From assembly GCA_965112155.1 (NCBI GenBank), contig OZ218102.1: a stretch of DNA of 64,000 nt. One strand, written 5' to 3'. The notes beneath the pieces were generated by a model that had not been told where the DNA came from, made no database searches, and was given only the letters and a program-made list of their open reading frames with translations. A program made the translations under genes and the position numbers. This DNA comes from Podarcis liolepis (Eukaryota). Below, piece by piece: positions 50,001 to 63,430 of this stretch (within the stretch, counting starts at the first letter, position 1; every line of letters begins with the position of its first letter).

Positions 50001-53000
50001 AAGCCTCACATCTGCTGCCTTTTTGATGCCCTTCTTATGTAAATTATGATGAGTAGATTTGGGGTTTGCATTCCGGGCAAGCTGTCAAAGTTCATCTTGG
50101 TAAAGACTGTAGGAAGATGATGTACTTTCTGAATGTGTGGGTGTTCACTGTTTTTTTCACTGGGATCTTCCTTCCCAGATGACCTGGCAGTGGAAGGTCT
50201 CGTACAAATAATGCAAAAGTCAGCTGGCCATATCAGATCTCCACATAAGTGCAACATCTGTTCCTCTTTAAGTGTTGCCACTGTCATCATTTCCATCCCT
50301 CTAGCACAGTGGGGTTGTGCCAAAGGCCCCAACACCTCAGATGTTTGAGCTGGACTATGGGAGTTGGGGTTGGTTTTTTTTAACTCAAGATGAAATTGAT
50401 ATACACTGTTGTAATGGGCAGCAGTTCAAAGTCTACATCGGCAGCTGCATTTGAAAGACTGGGGTGGAGAATTGTTTTGGGCAGAGTCCTGTTTGTCCCC
50501 GAGGCAGTTGGTTTAGGAATCATGCACCTTGGAAGAAGATTTTCTTGCCTGTATAAATGACTAGTGCTGGTTCAGCCTCTCCATTTGTGCTTTGCAATTG
50601 TCTTTGATAGATGAAGGGTCTCTGCATAGCAAAACAATGTCCATCCAAGCAACTAAAACAAGGCTTCCCTCTGTAATAAGACTCTGCACTCCCTTGTACC
50701 TCACAGTTGATAACACAGCTTTAAGCTTCAATGGGGGAAAAAGGCAGAGTCAAATCAGAGAGAAGCTTTCTGACTAGGAAAGCTGGAAAACCCTTCAAAA
50801 GGGCACGTGGGGAAGTGGGAGTCCTCTGAATAAGAATGTCGGAAGCTAGAAGAACAGTAGATGCAGTTTTTTCAACTCCTATCCAACCAAAAGCATTTAT
50901 AAAATGCTAAGCAGTTCATAACACACACCAGATAAACCTGCAATTCAGAAACCTACACTAATTGGCTTGTTTTCCCATTATGGAGCTAATTCAAGACCAG
51001 GATCAAATAGTAAAGTACCTGTTAAATATTATTTTTTTTCAGAAGCCTATAAAAATGGTTCAGAAACCCATTTCCCCCCTTCAGGATCAAAACTCCTGGG
51101 CGATTGAGTGGTGCGGGAGACTTCTAGTTGTTGAAGTCATTGTGTTTTATGTAATTAAAAGATTAGAATGCCATTTGTTTCATCTTTTTTATGTGTGAGA
51201 AGTGAGTGGAGAATTAGTTCCTAAGCCTGAGGAGGAACTGGGATACTAACTTTGGGGACTTTTGTTTCCAGCTTTCCATTTCATGTGAGCAGCATCTTTA
51301 TCTCATCTTTCCTGCAAGGAGCACAGGGCAGCCTACCTGGATTCCCACTTCCTCCTCCATTTTATGCTCTCAGCAGGTACATGGAAGAGCTGCTGAGAAA
51401 AATAGTAGAGAGAAAATTGGCTTTCAGACGACAACACTAAAAAAAAAAAAAAGCCTCCATGCTAATGGGAGTTAGTTTGACCACACCTGGAGGGTCACAG
51501 GTTTAGCCACCCATGCTTTGTGCATGAAGTCAATTGCCACAGTGACTGGGAAGTAGAGCCCCACTGCTGGCCTGGGTGTACAGCTGTATCACTGGCCCTA
51601 CCCATCGTTTGTTGTGAAGATTTGCATTTGTTTGCATTCAGTGTGGTGGGTCCAAGCCTATGTCCCTACCAAATGAGATTAGACAGGCATCCTCCTTTCT
51701 GAACTCCAGGTGTATGGCTACAGCTGTCAGGCATTTAAGGCAGGATTTGGTTTTACGATAATTTTGTGTTGTTTTATTTTTCTGCGTGGTCCTGCTGCCA
51801 GGTCCCGTCTTGGGGTCTCTTGTGTGCAAAGGGCACTTTATTTGCATGCAGACCACAGAGAGAGGTTCTGGTTCTTGACAAATTGTCAGATAAGGCACCA
51901 TATATTAAGAAATCCATTACCCTTTGTATGTCACTTGGAAAAGACCAAAAGGCATCTAGGCGTGAGTCAGATTTTAAGAGGTCAGCAGTTGTGATAAGAA
52001 AAGGGAGTTTGGGATGGCCCACAAATATACCCCCAACCTCAAAAAACCCCAGCTTCTTTGCATTCTTTCATTCCTGTTCACTGCTTTTCTCAACAACTTC
52101 TTTAGCTGATCCCTGGTCTATCATCACATATGACTCTCATACACGCACTGTATAAATTAATAATCAGATTGAAAGGTTATTTGAAGGACTTTCCATTAGA
52201 TCAGAGATAGGGAACCTAAGTTCCTCCCAGATGTTGTCTGACTCCCAACTCTTAACATCTGGAGGGCCACAGGTCCATCCCCCTCACCCAAACTGGAGAC
52301 TCCCTCTCCTTTAGCTTGCCACAGCCCTGGTCTCATTTCCCATGGATATACCTAGATTCCATATCCTCTTAAACAGAGTTTTCTGTTCCAAAGGAACAGC
52401 CTTTCCCCTGCTAGTTTTTTCAGTCTTATGCTACTGGAAAATGGGTGTTGAGTGGCATGAGTCTGAGTCTGCTTTTGGCCTTCTTTCTCATAGTATTTTT
52501 AGTGAAGGAATAGACTTCCTGACCCCGTTGTTTGCACTGCTGCGTGTGAGAGCTCAGCATTGTTAGGCCACGGTATGCAAAGGGAGTACAATCCCATGCA
52601 TGTTCCAGCTGTGATTATCTGATCTATTCCTATTTTGGGAACGGCTGGGTGTTTCCACGTCCCCTGAGCTTTCTCTGTTTTGCCTTCTCGCCTTCGTCTA
52701 ATGTGCTTGGATTATGGGAAGATCTTGGATGTGTGTCAGAACCTTATTGTTGTTGTTTTGGTTTTAAGTGCCTTTAACCTAAAATGAATGGGTTCCTGCC
52801 GTCCCTCCTGCAAATATGTTTGTGGTATATTTGTGTGGCTGCATTTCCCCCCTTCCCCCTTAGATCCACCACCTGCCTCGTCCTCCCAGTTAACGTCTGT
52901 TTTAGCTCAGGACAGCTCCTCTCAAGGGCGATCATGCGCTTTAGTTTTATGGGAGCAGTAATGGGATTTCAGTACCAGGCTTAAGTCTTCCAGGTTGTGT

Positions 53001-53389
53001 AAAGGGTGACATAAAGGCAAGGGCATCCCTTTAGCAGACCACTGTTTAAACATCTGCATTACATCGACGGACAGCAATAGTACATAGCCTAGCATGTAAC
53101 TGTCATTTCCACCACCAGAAGAACTTAGGTAAAATGTTTAATTTTACATATGTTGCATACTGTGACCATATGAAGATGCAGTATACCACATTCCACTTGT
53201 CCATTATTTTAACTTCCAGTGACTCTAGAACAGGGATGGGAAATGAGTTGTACTCATGGCTCCCATCAGTTCCAGACAGCATGGCCCAATGGTCAGGGAT
53301 GATGGGATGCATAGTCCAACAACATCTAGAGCGCCACAGGTATTCAACCCCTACTCTATGGTCTTTATTGCCCAACTGAGGCAGTATAA

Positions 53390-53460
53390 CTAGAGATGAC
53401 GGGAGTTGATTCTTGGACCTTCTGCATGCAAAGCATAGGCTTCACCATTGAGTAATGGCC
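53390..53460 (-). mobile_element. tRNA-derived SINE head (Squam3-like), reverse
   Basis: ggaccttctgcatgcaaagc is the reverse complement of the SINE head at 58410. Confidence 0.6.
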
Positions 53461-56400
53461 TGTTGCAACAAACTGAGAAACATTCTTCTATACTGTGCAT
53501 CTATGAGCTATGAACTAGGGATACTTTTTGAAAAATCACATGCAGACTGGCTGGAAAGGAGAGGGCCAGTGAGAAAGGGCAATATGCTTTTGTCACCACT
53601 GTGGGTAGATTCAGACACCCAAGAGCAGTGTGGCAATTTACTGGACCAATCGGACTGCTGCATTTTGGATCCTATTCAGCTCAGTACATAACAGCCCTAA
53701 TGTACCTCAGCTAGCATCTGAGATTTCTGGGCCAAGCTTTCAAAATGCACAGAGTTCAAGTTGGCTCGAATCTTGCAGCCTCTCATTCTACATATAACTG
53801 ATCTATTTTGTTATGGGTAGTACAATTCTATAAAGACGAGGAATCCCCCCCCCCAAAAAAAGCTTTCTTCTTGCTATTAGGATGGGTTATCGCTTCTGAG
53901 AGTTGAAACTGAAGCATCTTCTGAAGTCATGGTGCTCTTACTAGTTGCATGTCAGATGAAAATGAACCTGTGAAGTATCTCCCCAACTTAAAACTGTAGT
54001 GATTGGGAAAGATTAATTCCTGCCTCTACATGGAAAAGGTGAGAACCCTAATAACTGGAGGTTGAATAAAGTCCATGTTTAATATTCATTTTCTGCTCCT
54101 TTCCCAGTTGCCAGTTACTTTTGTTCGGGCTTTCCATCTTCCTCCTGTTTTCGTCGTAGATGTTACATAAATCTCTTTTGAATGCAGCTCAGACAATGGG
54201 GGCTTTCTGGAAACAAAATGTGTCAGCTCAGTAATCTTCTGTCTCAGTATTATCAAAGAAGAGTTATACAAATAAAAAGAAAGGTGGAAATATTTTTGTG
54301 TGCTCTTGATCACTTATGTCTTGGGGGTGCGGGGAGTTGAAAAGGATGAGGAAAAGTTCAGTTTTTAATCATGGAAGCTTTGACACACATTTCATGCATG
54401 CATGCATATGTAAAAGCAAAGAGGTCTTTTAATCTAGGTTGAGTTTGCAGTAATGGAATCAAATTAAGCTCATGACCTGGTTCAGTCATTCTAGACTTGA
54501 TAAACCATGGGTTGTAAAGCTGGGAATAAACAACTGAGACTCCTTTTGATACAGAAAACCTTGTTATAATTAATTAAAGCTTGCTACAGAAATGTAATTG
54601 GGAGTGGGGTAGCGCAGAGGCAGAGCTACTATTTTATATGCTGACACAGTCCTCGCATCTCCAAGTTGGGGATGGGAAAGACCGCCATCTTAATCCCTGC
54701 TGCCACTCAGCATGGGTCAGAAGTGGGAAACCAGTGGCCTTCCAGATATTATTGGGCTACAGCTTCCCTCACCCCTGACCATGGAACATGCTAGCTGAGG
54801 CGGATGGGAGTTGGAGTTCAAGATAGCTTGATGGTCACAGGAACCCCAGCCCTGGTATAGATGGCACTGAGTTAGAATAACCAATGCTCTACCTTGGTAA
54901 AAGGCCATTTTCTATGTATGTCAGAACAACATGACACTGGTAAAGTCAGTCCTCCTTCTGAAGCTACTTTGTATTTCCTTGCATTCTTTTTGTTTGTTTT
55001 CAGGTTATTTAGGGGGATCTTCTACCCCACTTGTTCATGTTCTGACTACTATTTTTGTTGGCCCATTTTGTACATTCTGGAATGTGCTTGCAGTGTGTGT
55101 ATGTGTGTGTAGGCTACACATCCTCTGTTCACATGTAATGAACCAATGCTCCTCCGATCTTCCTAGTTCTAAGCTCCCCATGCAGTCGAAGCTGAGTTGT
55201 GTCTGCTTCCGTGTCTGCATGTTGGCTAAAAATGGAATGTGTGGTTTACCTTAAGTACAAACAGAAAATAAACAGCTATGACTACAAGTGTGCTCTTCTC
55301 GGGAGCTATTTGCTGTATGTACCATGTTTTGGTTTTACGATGGTTGGACATCAGCTTATATTTAAATATACAGAGTGTTTTCAACTAACTTTTACTCAGT
55401 GTAGACCCACTGAAACAGAGGAACTTGACTAAGTTAGGTCCATTAATTTAAATGGAACTTAGCTGTATACCACCCATAGTTCTTGTTGTACAAGCATATG
55501 CTCCACTGAGTGTCTTGAATTAATGGAGTCTTGAATTAATGTCCTCTTTGATGTGCCCAGCTACAAATAGACTACATATAGGCAAGGCTAGTGTTTCCCA
55601 ACCGGGGGCCATATGGCCCCCTAGGGCCCCATGGATATTCTAGGGGAGCCCCAGGATATTCCAAGGAGGCCCCAGGTGAAAAATGTGTAAATGGGGGGCC
55701 ATAGCCTGAGCGTAGGGGGCCACAGAGGAAAGTGAGAAGTGAAGGGGGGGGAGGAAAAAATATATATGAAAATCCTGATTGGCTGGTTACCCTCTTGGCC
55801 AATCACAAGCGGGTAAGGGGGTAGCCCACCAGGACCTTTTTGCCACGTGCATTTTCTTGGCACAGTCCTGGTTTGTTTCAGGCAGGAGAGGGCGATAGCT
55901 GAGACTTCTGCTTCTTCTTTCCTGGTGTCTTTTGTTCAGATCAAAATGTGTGTTTTGAGCAAGGTCTCAAGGCTCAATAATTTTTGCACTTCAATTGTAC
56001 TGTCAATTTGCTTTGAGATTTTCATGAGACAATAAAAAAAGAAAGAAATCCTGTCTGCCCTGCTCCTAAAATAGGATAGTGACGTTACCCAGCTTCCAGG
56101 TTTTAATTTAGATATTGGCTTTCAAGTCCTCTGAAGATTGAAGAAACAATATATTTTTGTTCCCCAATATGTAATGATTATTTAAGGGTGTTTCCTGTTT
56201 TGTAAGATAATAACTACATCCTGGGTTGAATTAAGCCTGAAACTGAAAGCAGTTGTTCCAGATCATTATTAAGAAACTAAGCAGAAGTAATCTCCAGTTA
56301 CTTGTGTTTTTCCCCCTGCAGCTGAAATTTTTAAAGCAATGTGTGTGACCAGTTTTGTCTGTTTCCTGCAAAAGTAAAATCTGTTTGTACTGGTTCTGGA

Positions 56401-56770
56401 TAGCAGTGACCCACCAAGAAACAGCCATGATACCTAGAATGTGAACCTTTACTAGACTAAGATATTCAGAATGGGGTTTATTAAAACTGAATTGAAGTGT
56501 CTCCCTTTACAGAAAACCTGTGAGTCTGTTAACATCCTAATGCCACTAGAGTTTAGGGATAGCTTCTCTGTATTGGGCACAAAAGTGAACATACAGTAAA
56601 CCATTCAGCTTGTTTGGAGAGTTAAGTTATAGGCTAGGTGCTAACAATAGCAATATAACAATATACGGTAGGCTAGGTGCTAACAATATTTTCATGGCTT
56701 TATGTTTTGTCTTCCTTTGTAACCCATTAGCACCATAGGACAGGTGTGGCTAACCTGTGTACCTCTAGAT

Positions 56771-56907
56771 CAGTAGTCCTCCACAGACCACTTGAAAATT
56801 GCTGAGGGCCTTGGCAGATTTTTCTGTCTATTTTTACATTCTGTGAACCACCTGAATGAAGCTCGTGGACCACTGCTGGTCCGCAGACTACAATTTGGAA
56901 ATCCCTG
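56771..56907. mobile_element. hAT element nested in a MER5-like MITE
   Basis: CAG...CTG termini; TSD ctctagat / ctgtagat (7 of 8 match); the host MITE resumes after the insert. Confidence 0.7.
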
Positions 56908-58409
56908 CTGTAGATGTTGTTGGACTACAACTCCCATAAATAATGTCTCAAATTCTGATGTTTGAATAGCTGAACCATTAAATTTTACTTATTATCGATG
57001 GGGTGGTTTTACTACATAGTAATTTATAGACTTCCCAGCAGCTTTGATCATTTCAGGCTTCTTATTAAAGGACTGAATTCTTACATTGATTCACCTATCT
57101 GAATGGAAGATCTTAAGTCATGTGAGATGGGTCTTCCAGTCAAGCACCTCCAAATTTCTCTCTGTGACCTTTGGGTAAAGTTCAGACCAAGCTGTAGAAC
57201 TGAACTCTGCTGACTTCTGCCAATTCTGAATTTGGAAAGTGAGAAGAGCTTCAGAAACTGTCTCTAGAGGCAGTCCTTAAATTACAGTGTACAATGTAAG
57301 CAATAATCAAACAGTGATGCTGAGAAAAGAGAAATCACTAAATTACAGTTGAGCTGCAATAATCTCTTGGAGGTTTGTTAGTGCAAAATAGAGATTAAAG
57401 AGTAAAACATAAGCATCAAATGTTTCAAGAAGGCTTGAGTTAATGAGAGTTACTGACAGAGCACAAAAACATTCATCAGCAGTTTTTTAGGGGTTTTTTG
57501 CCAATGATTTTTATGCTGAAACACTGCATAAAAACAATAACCTAGCTCTTAAATCCAGGGCAAGATTAGTGATACCTTCAGAGTGTTTTATCTAATGGCC
57601 TTTTAGAGGTTTAATGCAACTTCTCATTCTCTCTAGATAATAAGCTTCTGTTTATATAAAACAAAGTCTGGGCTAGGCTAAGTAACAAAATCTCTTCTAT
57701 CCGATAAATGGCTGTTTTGCCAAGTCTGGGACTTCAGGGCAGTTAAAGGCCACCTTCAGTGTTACTTTTTAAAGATGCAGATGCAAGCATCTGTGTCTTA
57801 AAATACATACATGTACATTTGTCAGACTCTGGATACTTTCCCACAAAATATGTACTGTATCCTTGTTGAGAAGTGGGTTTGTGCTATATTTGCTACCTCC
57901 TGGGCTTGAGCCAGACTTAGTCATGCTTAGAGTAGACTGCACATGGGGAACCTGTGGCCTTCCAGATATTGTGAGACTATATTCTATCCTCCATGACCAC
58001 TGATATGCTGCCTGGACATTATGGGAGTTTTGAGCCCCAGAACATCCCCAGCCCTGGAGGGGTGTGTTGAAATCAGTAGGACTTAAGTTCGTGATGGATA
58101 ATGTGTGCCATTTATTTCAGTGTGTTTTCTCTAAGCATGGCTAGATCTGGATCCAACCCAAGATGTTTTCTCGCCTCTTGCTATGTGAGCACAGTCACAT
58201 TTTGTCTCAGTGTCAGAAGCAGCCCTTAATAAAACACAAGGACATGGTTGCTGGTTTAAGTCTTTGAAGAACATTAACAAATAACAGACTGTTTTATGCA
58301 CTCAGTCACATCCTACTGCCCATGCACTGCATGGTGTATGTGGGAGAGTTAAGGGTTTGAAAGCTTGTACAGCTCAACTATTCACATAGACAAGTATAGA
58401 GATTGCATA

Positions 58410-58560
58410 GGGAAGTGCCATATCTCAGTGGCAGAGCATTTGTTTTGCATGCAGAAGGCCCAGGTTTAGTCCCCAGCATCTTCAGGTAGAACTGGGAGAG
58501 AAGCATGTCTGAAACGCTGGAGAGCTGCTATCTGACAGTCTAGACATTACTGAGCTAGTA
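58410..58560 (+). mobile_element. tRNA-derived SINE (Squam3-like)
   Basis: A-box-like ctcagtggcagagc, ttgcatgcagaagg, degenerate B box, body ctgaaacgctggagagctgc...tagacattactgagctag. Confidence 0.75.
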
Positions 58561-59580
58561 AAAACTTGCTGTGTTCTATGTACACTCATTGCATGTAACA
58601 TACGCACATCCCCGTGGTCATAAGGCAAACAGAATCCACCCCAAATCCATAATTACGTAAATTCAAACCATTCAGACATTTTTAATTTGTGTGCTACTAG
58701 GTCAGATTTGATGGTGGGAAAATTATATGTTTCTGAATTATTAATTGGTATGCTGGCTTTTAAAATAGCTGGTCATTTGCCAGTGAATACACTGATAAAG
58801 AAAACTGCACTGCAGTGAAACACATGCAATTCTTCCCCCAATTCTTCTTTTTTTTAATCTACAAGGATTTTAATTACAAGTGTTTACAGTGATGGAGAAT
58901 ATGATGGTGTTTGATTCAACAAGAAAGGCAGGCTTACAGAGTGAGTTATACTGTGAGGAAATAAATTTAGTTAGGGGCAGTTACCATCACTTGCAAAATA
59001 TTTGTTTTCCCTGACCAGGCAACCATTTTTTCTTTATTGTCCATAATTGCCATTTGTGTGGCAAAGAACTGATTAGTTACAACCCTGGCTAGAATGCCAT
59101 CAAGCTGCTTGTTGTTGGTTTAACATAGAATTTCAAGTCATGGTTACATTGTAGAACAAAGGGAAAGAATATGTGATCACAAAAGTTCCCTTATTTTCCT
59201 AGATAGAATATGAAACAAAATTTCCGCTGGCAAGTTCTTTCTCCTTCTGCAATATACCGCTCTATTCCAATTTCTGATATTCATACCTGTTTGATGTATC
59301 TACTTCCCCCTTTTCCTATCTGTCGCCTGGTTTCTGTGCCTGTAATATGCGAGAAGGCATGTCAAGCCTGTGGCTCCTAGAAGCTGTCTTCATGCAACAG
59401 TGGCCACACCCTGGGAAGCAGCTTCGATTGGCTGGATAAACCAGGTGAGGATGGGTCTCAAACCCTTGCTGAGTTAAGAAGTTCCCTTGCATGCAAAGAC
59501 AGGCTACTGCGGATTGAGCGGACATGATCAATAGTGGTTCCAACAGTCAAGAACATGCTGTTTATGCACATGCTGTGGAG

Positions 59581-59718
59581 CAGCGGTTCTCAAGCTGTAG
59601 GTCCCCAGATGATGTTGGACTACAACTCCCATCATCCTTGAGCTCTGGCCTTGCTAGCTAGGGGTGATGGGAGTTGTAGTTCAACAACATCTGGGGACCC
59701 ACAGGTTGAGAAAGGCTG
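59581..59718. mobile_element. hAT (MER5-like) palindromic MITE with 8-bp TSD
   Basis: TSD ctgtggag at 59573-59580 and 59719-59726; arms actacaactcccatca / tgatgggagttgtagt. Confidence 0.92.
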
Positions 59719-60233
59719 CTGTGGAGGGAAGTGAGGGGCAGATGGGGCTCATCAACTTGGGACTCTAGGAGAAGGAAAACTCTGATGCTAAACCTCCACA
59801 GCTTTGCAGGATATATTTGGGAGAAGAAAAGGCTAAGGAAGGAAACCCTATACAAATCCAGAGGGGATTTGGATGGCAACTTGTATGCCTCCTTTCATTA
59901 ACACCTGCAGCCAAGCTGGGGCCAAACGTATTGCTCTGCTTTCCTTTGGGCCACATCAGCGAGGCCAAGAGGGAGGTCTTGGTGTTTGAGCAGCCCATAC
60001 ACACTGCCCAGGCTTGCGCCCCATAAAGGTCACTTCAGTGCTGCTAACGCAGCAGTTTGACTTCACCCCCGAAGGCACACTCCATTCTCTCTTGAGACAG
60101 GTGGATGCCAACAACATGCAAAGTCTTTAGCCCACACACTGCAGTAGTTAGTGTACAGAAAGCTGAAGTTCACCACTCTCCGCTGCTCCACAAGTATCTG
60201 CATTGATGACAAGACACTAACCCTACTTTTAAT

Positions 60234-60439
60234 GAGGTCTGTTCTTAACCTGAAACGGTTCTTAACCTGAAACACCACTTTAGCTAATGGGGCTTCCTGC
60301 TGCCGCCATGCTGCCAGAGCACAATTTCTGTTCTCAACCTGAAGCAAAGTTCTTAACCTGAAGCACTATTTCTGGGTTAGCGGAGTTTGTAACCTGAAGC
60401 GTATGTAACCTGAAGCATATGTAACCCGAGGTACCACTG
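60234..60439 (+). mobile_element. Tc1/mariner MITE family A copy 5 (left end missing)
   Basis: Body and right TIR ...CCCGAGGTACCACTG|TA present; left TIR absent. Confidence 0.9.
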
Positions 60440-63026
60440 TATCTCTCCATATGACAATCTGGCCAAAGGCAGATTGTTTGGTACCCAATGCATGTAACTT
60501 TCTCAACCTTGGTGAGGAAGCAAACAGGACCACCATCAAGTTGCTGTTCTCTTCTCCATGTAGAGTTTTTTGGAGCTGGTAAATGTACCACAATATGCTG
60601 GGTTGATTTTGCTGGAGGAAAAAGTTGTCGGAAGCTGAGGCAGCACTTGGACAGCCAAAGGCTTTGAGTCAACTTTTGGATGTCAAGCTTTCTAGCAAAA
60701 AAAGAGAAAGCATTGTTAAGAAGGGGAAGTGTGCTTCCAGTCAAAAATTCAAACCTCAGGCTAAGGATGTTAATCTGGGGAACCCTCCCTGTGCTGTGAT
60801 CTGAATCTAGAGCAAAACTAGAAGCAAAGGCTCAGAATGGAAAACTGGGAGTCACTTATTTATGAAGGATCTCACTATATTAATTTTCAGCATTGCAATA
60901 AGGCACTTGGAAGAATGTGATTGTTCATAGTGTGGGAGCAGGGGACAGGAGTGCCGTTCCTTCATTGAGCCTTCTGGGCATTTTTCTCTCTCTTCTCTTT
61001 TCCGCTTCTTGAGTCCTCCCACCACCCTGTGAAGGAGGAGGGGAGCCAGTCTGTCATTTGTTCAGCAAACTGGAAAGCCTTGTCTGCCTTTTCTGCTGTC
61101 TCTTACTTAAAGTTCAGAGTTCCTGGTTTAGAGATGACAGTTCATCAATAAGATGATTGTCCAGACTTCCAGAATGGCCCATATTGTGTTGGTTGGCTTC
61201 AGCAGTTGGGCACTCTGCCCACAAGCAACAAGGCCCATTGTCTCCCTCGCCATGTTTCATGTTGTATAGGAAGACAAGGCCAAACTGTTCAAATAGGAGT
61301 TTCCAAAACCAGACATTAAATCTTTCTGAGGTATGATTAGAGTTGCTGGAATTGCTTTCACCGTCATTATTGCACAATAAATGCATATTAGATGTTCTTT
61401 TGTTGCTTTGTGATGTGTTGCAAAGCATTTGCACTTCTCCTCTCCAGGTTTGCCCCCTTTGTTGCAAGATTCTCACATTTTCCTCGGAGCACCTAAACTG
61501 CAGAATTCTGTACCTTGGACAAATGTTATGCTTTCCACAGATTCTTGGCTGTTGAAACTGACAAGGCTAATTTTTTTTTTGATGGATGCTTTGAGATTGG
61601 AAAGTCCCTTGTGCGGGTGGAGGGGGAGGAAGGAATTCTGTGTGCTCTCCTGCAGATGTCCTGTGAACAATAGATACTGTCTTCCTCATCCATTCTAGTT
61701 GGCTTGGCTTGTCTAGTTTGCACCGGGCAAGCAAGAGGCATTATCACACTGCAAGGACATATTGCAGCTAGGCAAAAGCACCCAAGGAGTGTTGATGAGG
61801 GGTGTGGGCTGAGGACCAGATGGAAGCCCATGAAAGCATTTGGTCTGAGGGTCCACATCCATGTACTAGAGCCTAGTGGGCAACCATAAACGGTTGGGAG
61901 AACTTGGTTAAGTTTGGGTGTTCTGGACTGGGCCAGGTTATTGAGGGTATTTCAGTTGTCATCTTGGTTGAAATCTTACTACTTTTCAATAACTCACCTA
62001 AACCTTGCTTTCATGTTCCCCTGTTCATGTGTTCAATCAGTGCATGGAAAGGAGTGGGATTTTGGCCACTGGCCCCACCCCTCAGCCTTGATGTGCCTGT
62101 CAGTCCCGACCTCCGCATGTCATATGGAATGTAAGAACAGGAGTGAAGCACATGGAACTGTACATGCCTAAGACCTGTATGTGTTTGGGAACCCTGGCAT
62201 AACCATAGTTCCTGGCTGAAGACCTGGGAGCGCACACGTAGGGTCCATGATCCTGCTCCCCTCTGTGCATGTGGAGTTGACCGTTGGGTTCCACAGGCAT
62301 AGCCTAGAGCAGAGGTGGGGAACATTCGGTCCATGGGTCCACAGTGTTACCTCTGGTCTTTCAATAAATTCAGCCAGCTCTGAAGTCTCTGGAAAGCAGT
62401 GCTGAAGCCCAAGCACACATCCCACAAGTACTGTTAGGCAGATGTGTCGGTGTGAGAGAGAGAGGAGAATGTGTTCAGAGACAGGTAGAGTTGGCTCAAG
62501 TCTGTGGTCACTGTGCAGTGAAGCTTTGGCAGAGGTTTCAGGGAGAGGAGTAGACAGCCCAAAGGGAGGCCAGTTGGCCAACATTGAATCATGTGGACCA
62601 GAGTAGGGAGGAATGCTTAGAAGGCTTTGAAAATGCCCTTGAGAGCTGTTTCTGTCTTGCTCACCTGACAAGGCTGGATCAGGCCCCGAGTATTGTGTTT
62701 TCTGTGGGCCAGGGGCCCCTAATGGAGAAAAAAACTCCTTTCACCACCAAATGCACATGATGCAACAACATTGGTAAAAGTAAGTTGACTGGGATCTGGT
62801 GATGATCTGAATGCAGGGCCATATCAAGAAATCCCATGAATTCCTTGGGAAAAGGTGAGATATAAAATGTAATAAATAAATAAATTACTTCCTTTTATAT
62901 AAAAAAGAAACTGGGTAGAGAAGTATCTACATTATTTAGCATTGCCAGTTCAGTCTTGTCACTGCAGATTTCTGCATCATAATCTTCTGTGAACTGCCTT
63001 GAAATCTTTGGATGAAGGCTGGTATG

Positions 63027-63060
63027 CAAATTAAACAAACAAACAAACAAACAAACAAAA
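63027..63060. repeat. (AAAC)n microsatellite
   Basis: Direct read. Confidence 0.85.
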
Positions 63061-63219
63061 CCCAGATTATCCAAAGTTCCAGTAAACCATGTTTTATTGA
63101 GTCTTTCTCAGTCTGTCTGTGCTTCCTGGTTTATATTGTCAGTGTTGAGTTTACAGCAGGTTCTTCTAATCTCAGCTTGTTACATATAGTGAAGATACCA
63201 GGTAGCCTGACATCTGGCT

Positions 63220-63430
63220 GGTTGATAGGGGATCAGTTACTTATTTCACTCATTGTAATTCACATCAATCTCCGACTTTTGTCTTCTGGGTTTCTGGGGG
63301 CTTTCCTGTTGTTACTCTGTCTCTCACAGCTACAATAAACCTACAATTAGAATTATGGACTGGTCATTTCTTCGTCAGAGGGCAAACGGGCAAATTTAGC
63401 AGGGGATCAAATACTCCCCCCCCCCCACTG
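63220..63430. mobile_element. Tc1 IR-DR type terminal repeat (single end)
   Basis: Inner DR aggggatcagttacttatttc (63227) and outer DR aggggatcaaatact (63401), ending CCCCACTG|TA. Confidence 0.7.

Noticed and set aside
58410-58485. Possible tRNA gene
   Set aside because: Degenerate T-arm/B box, continues into a SINE body and has multiple decayed relatives, so it is a SINE head.
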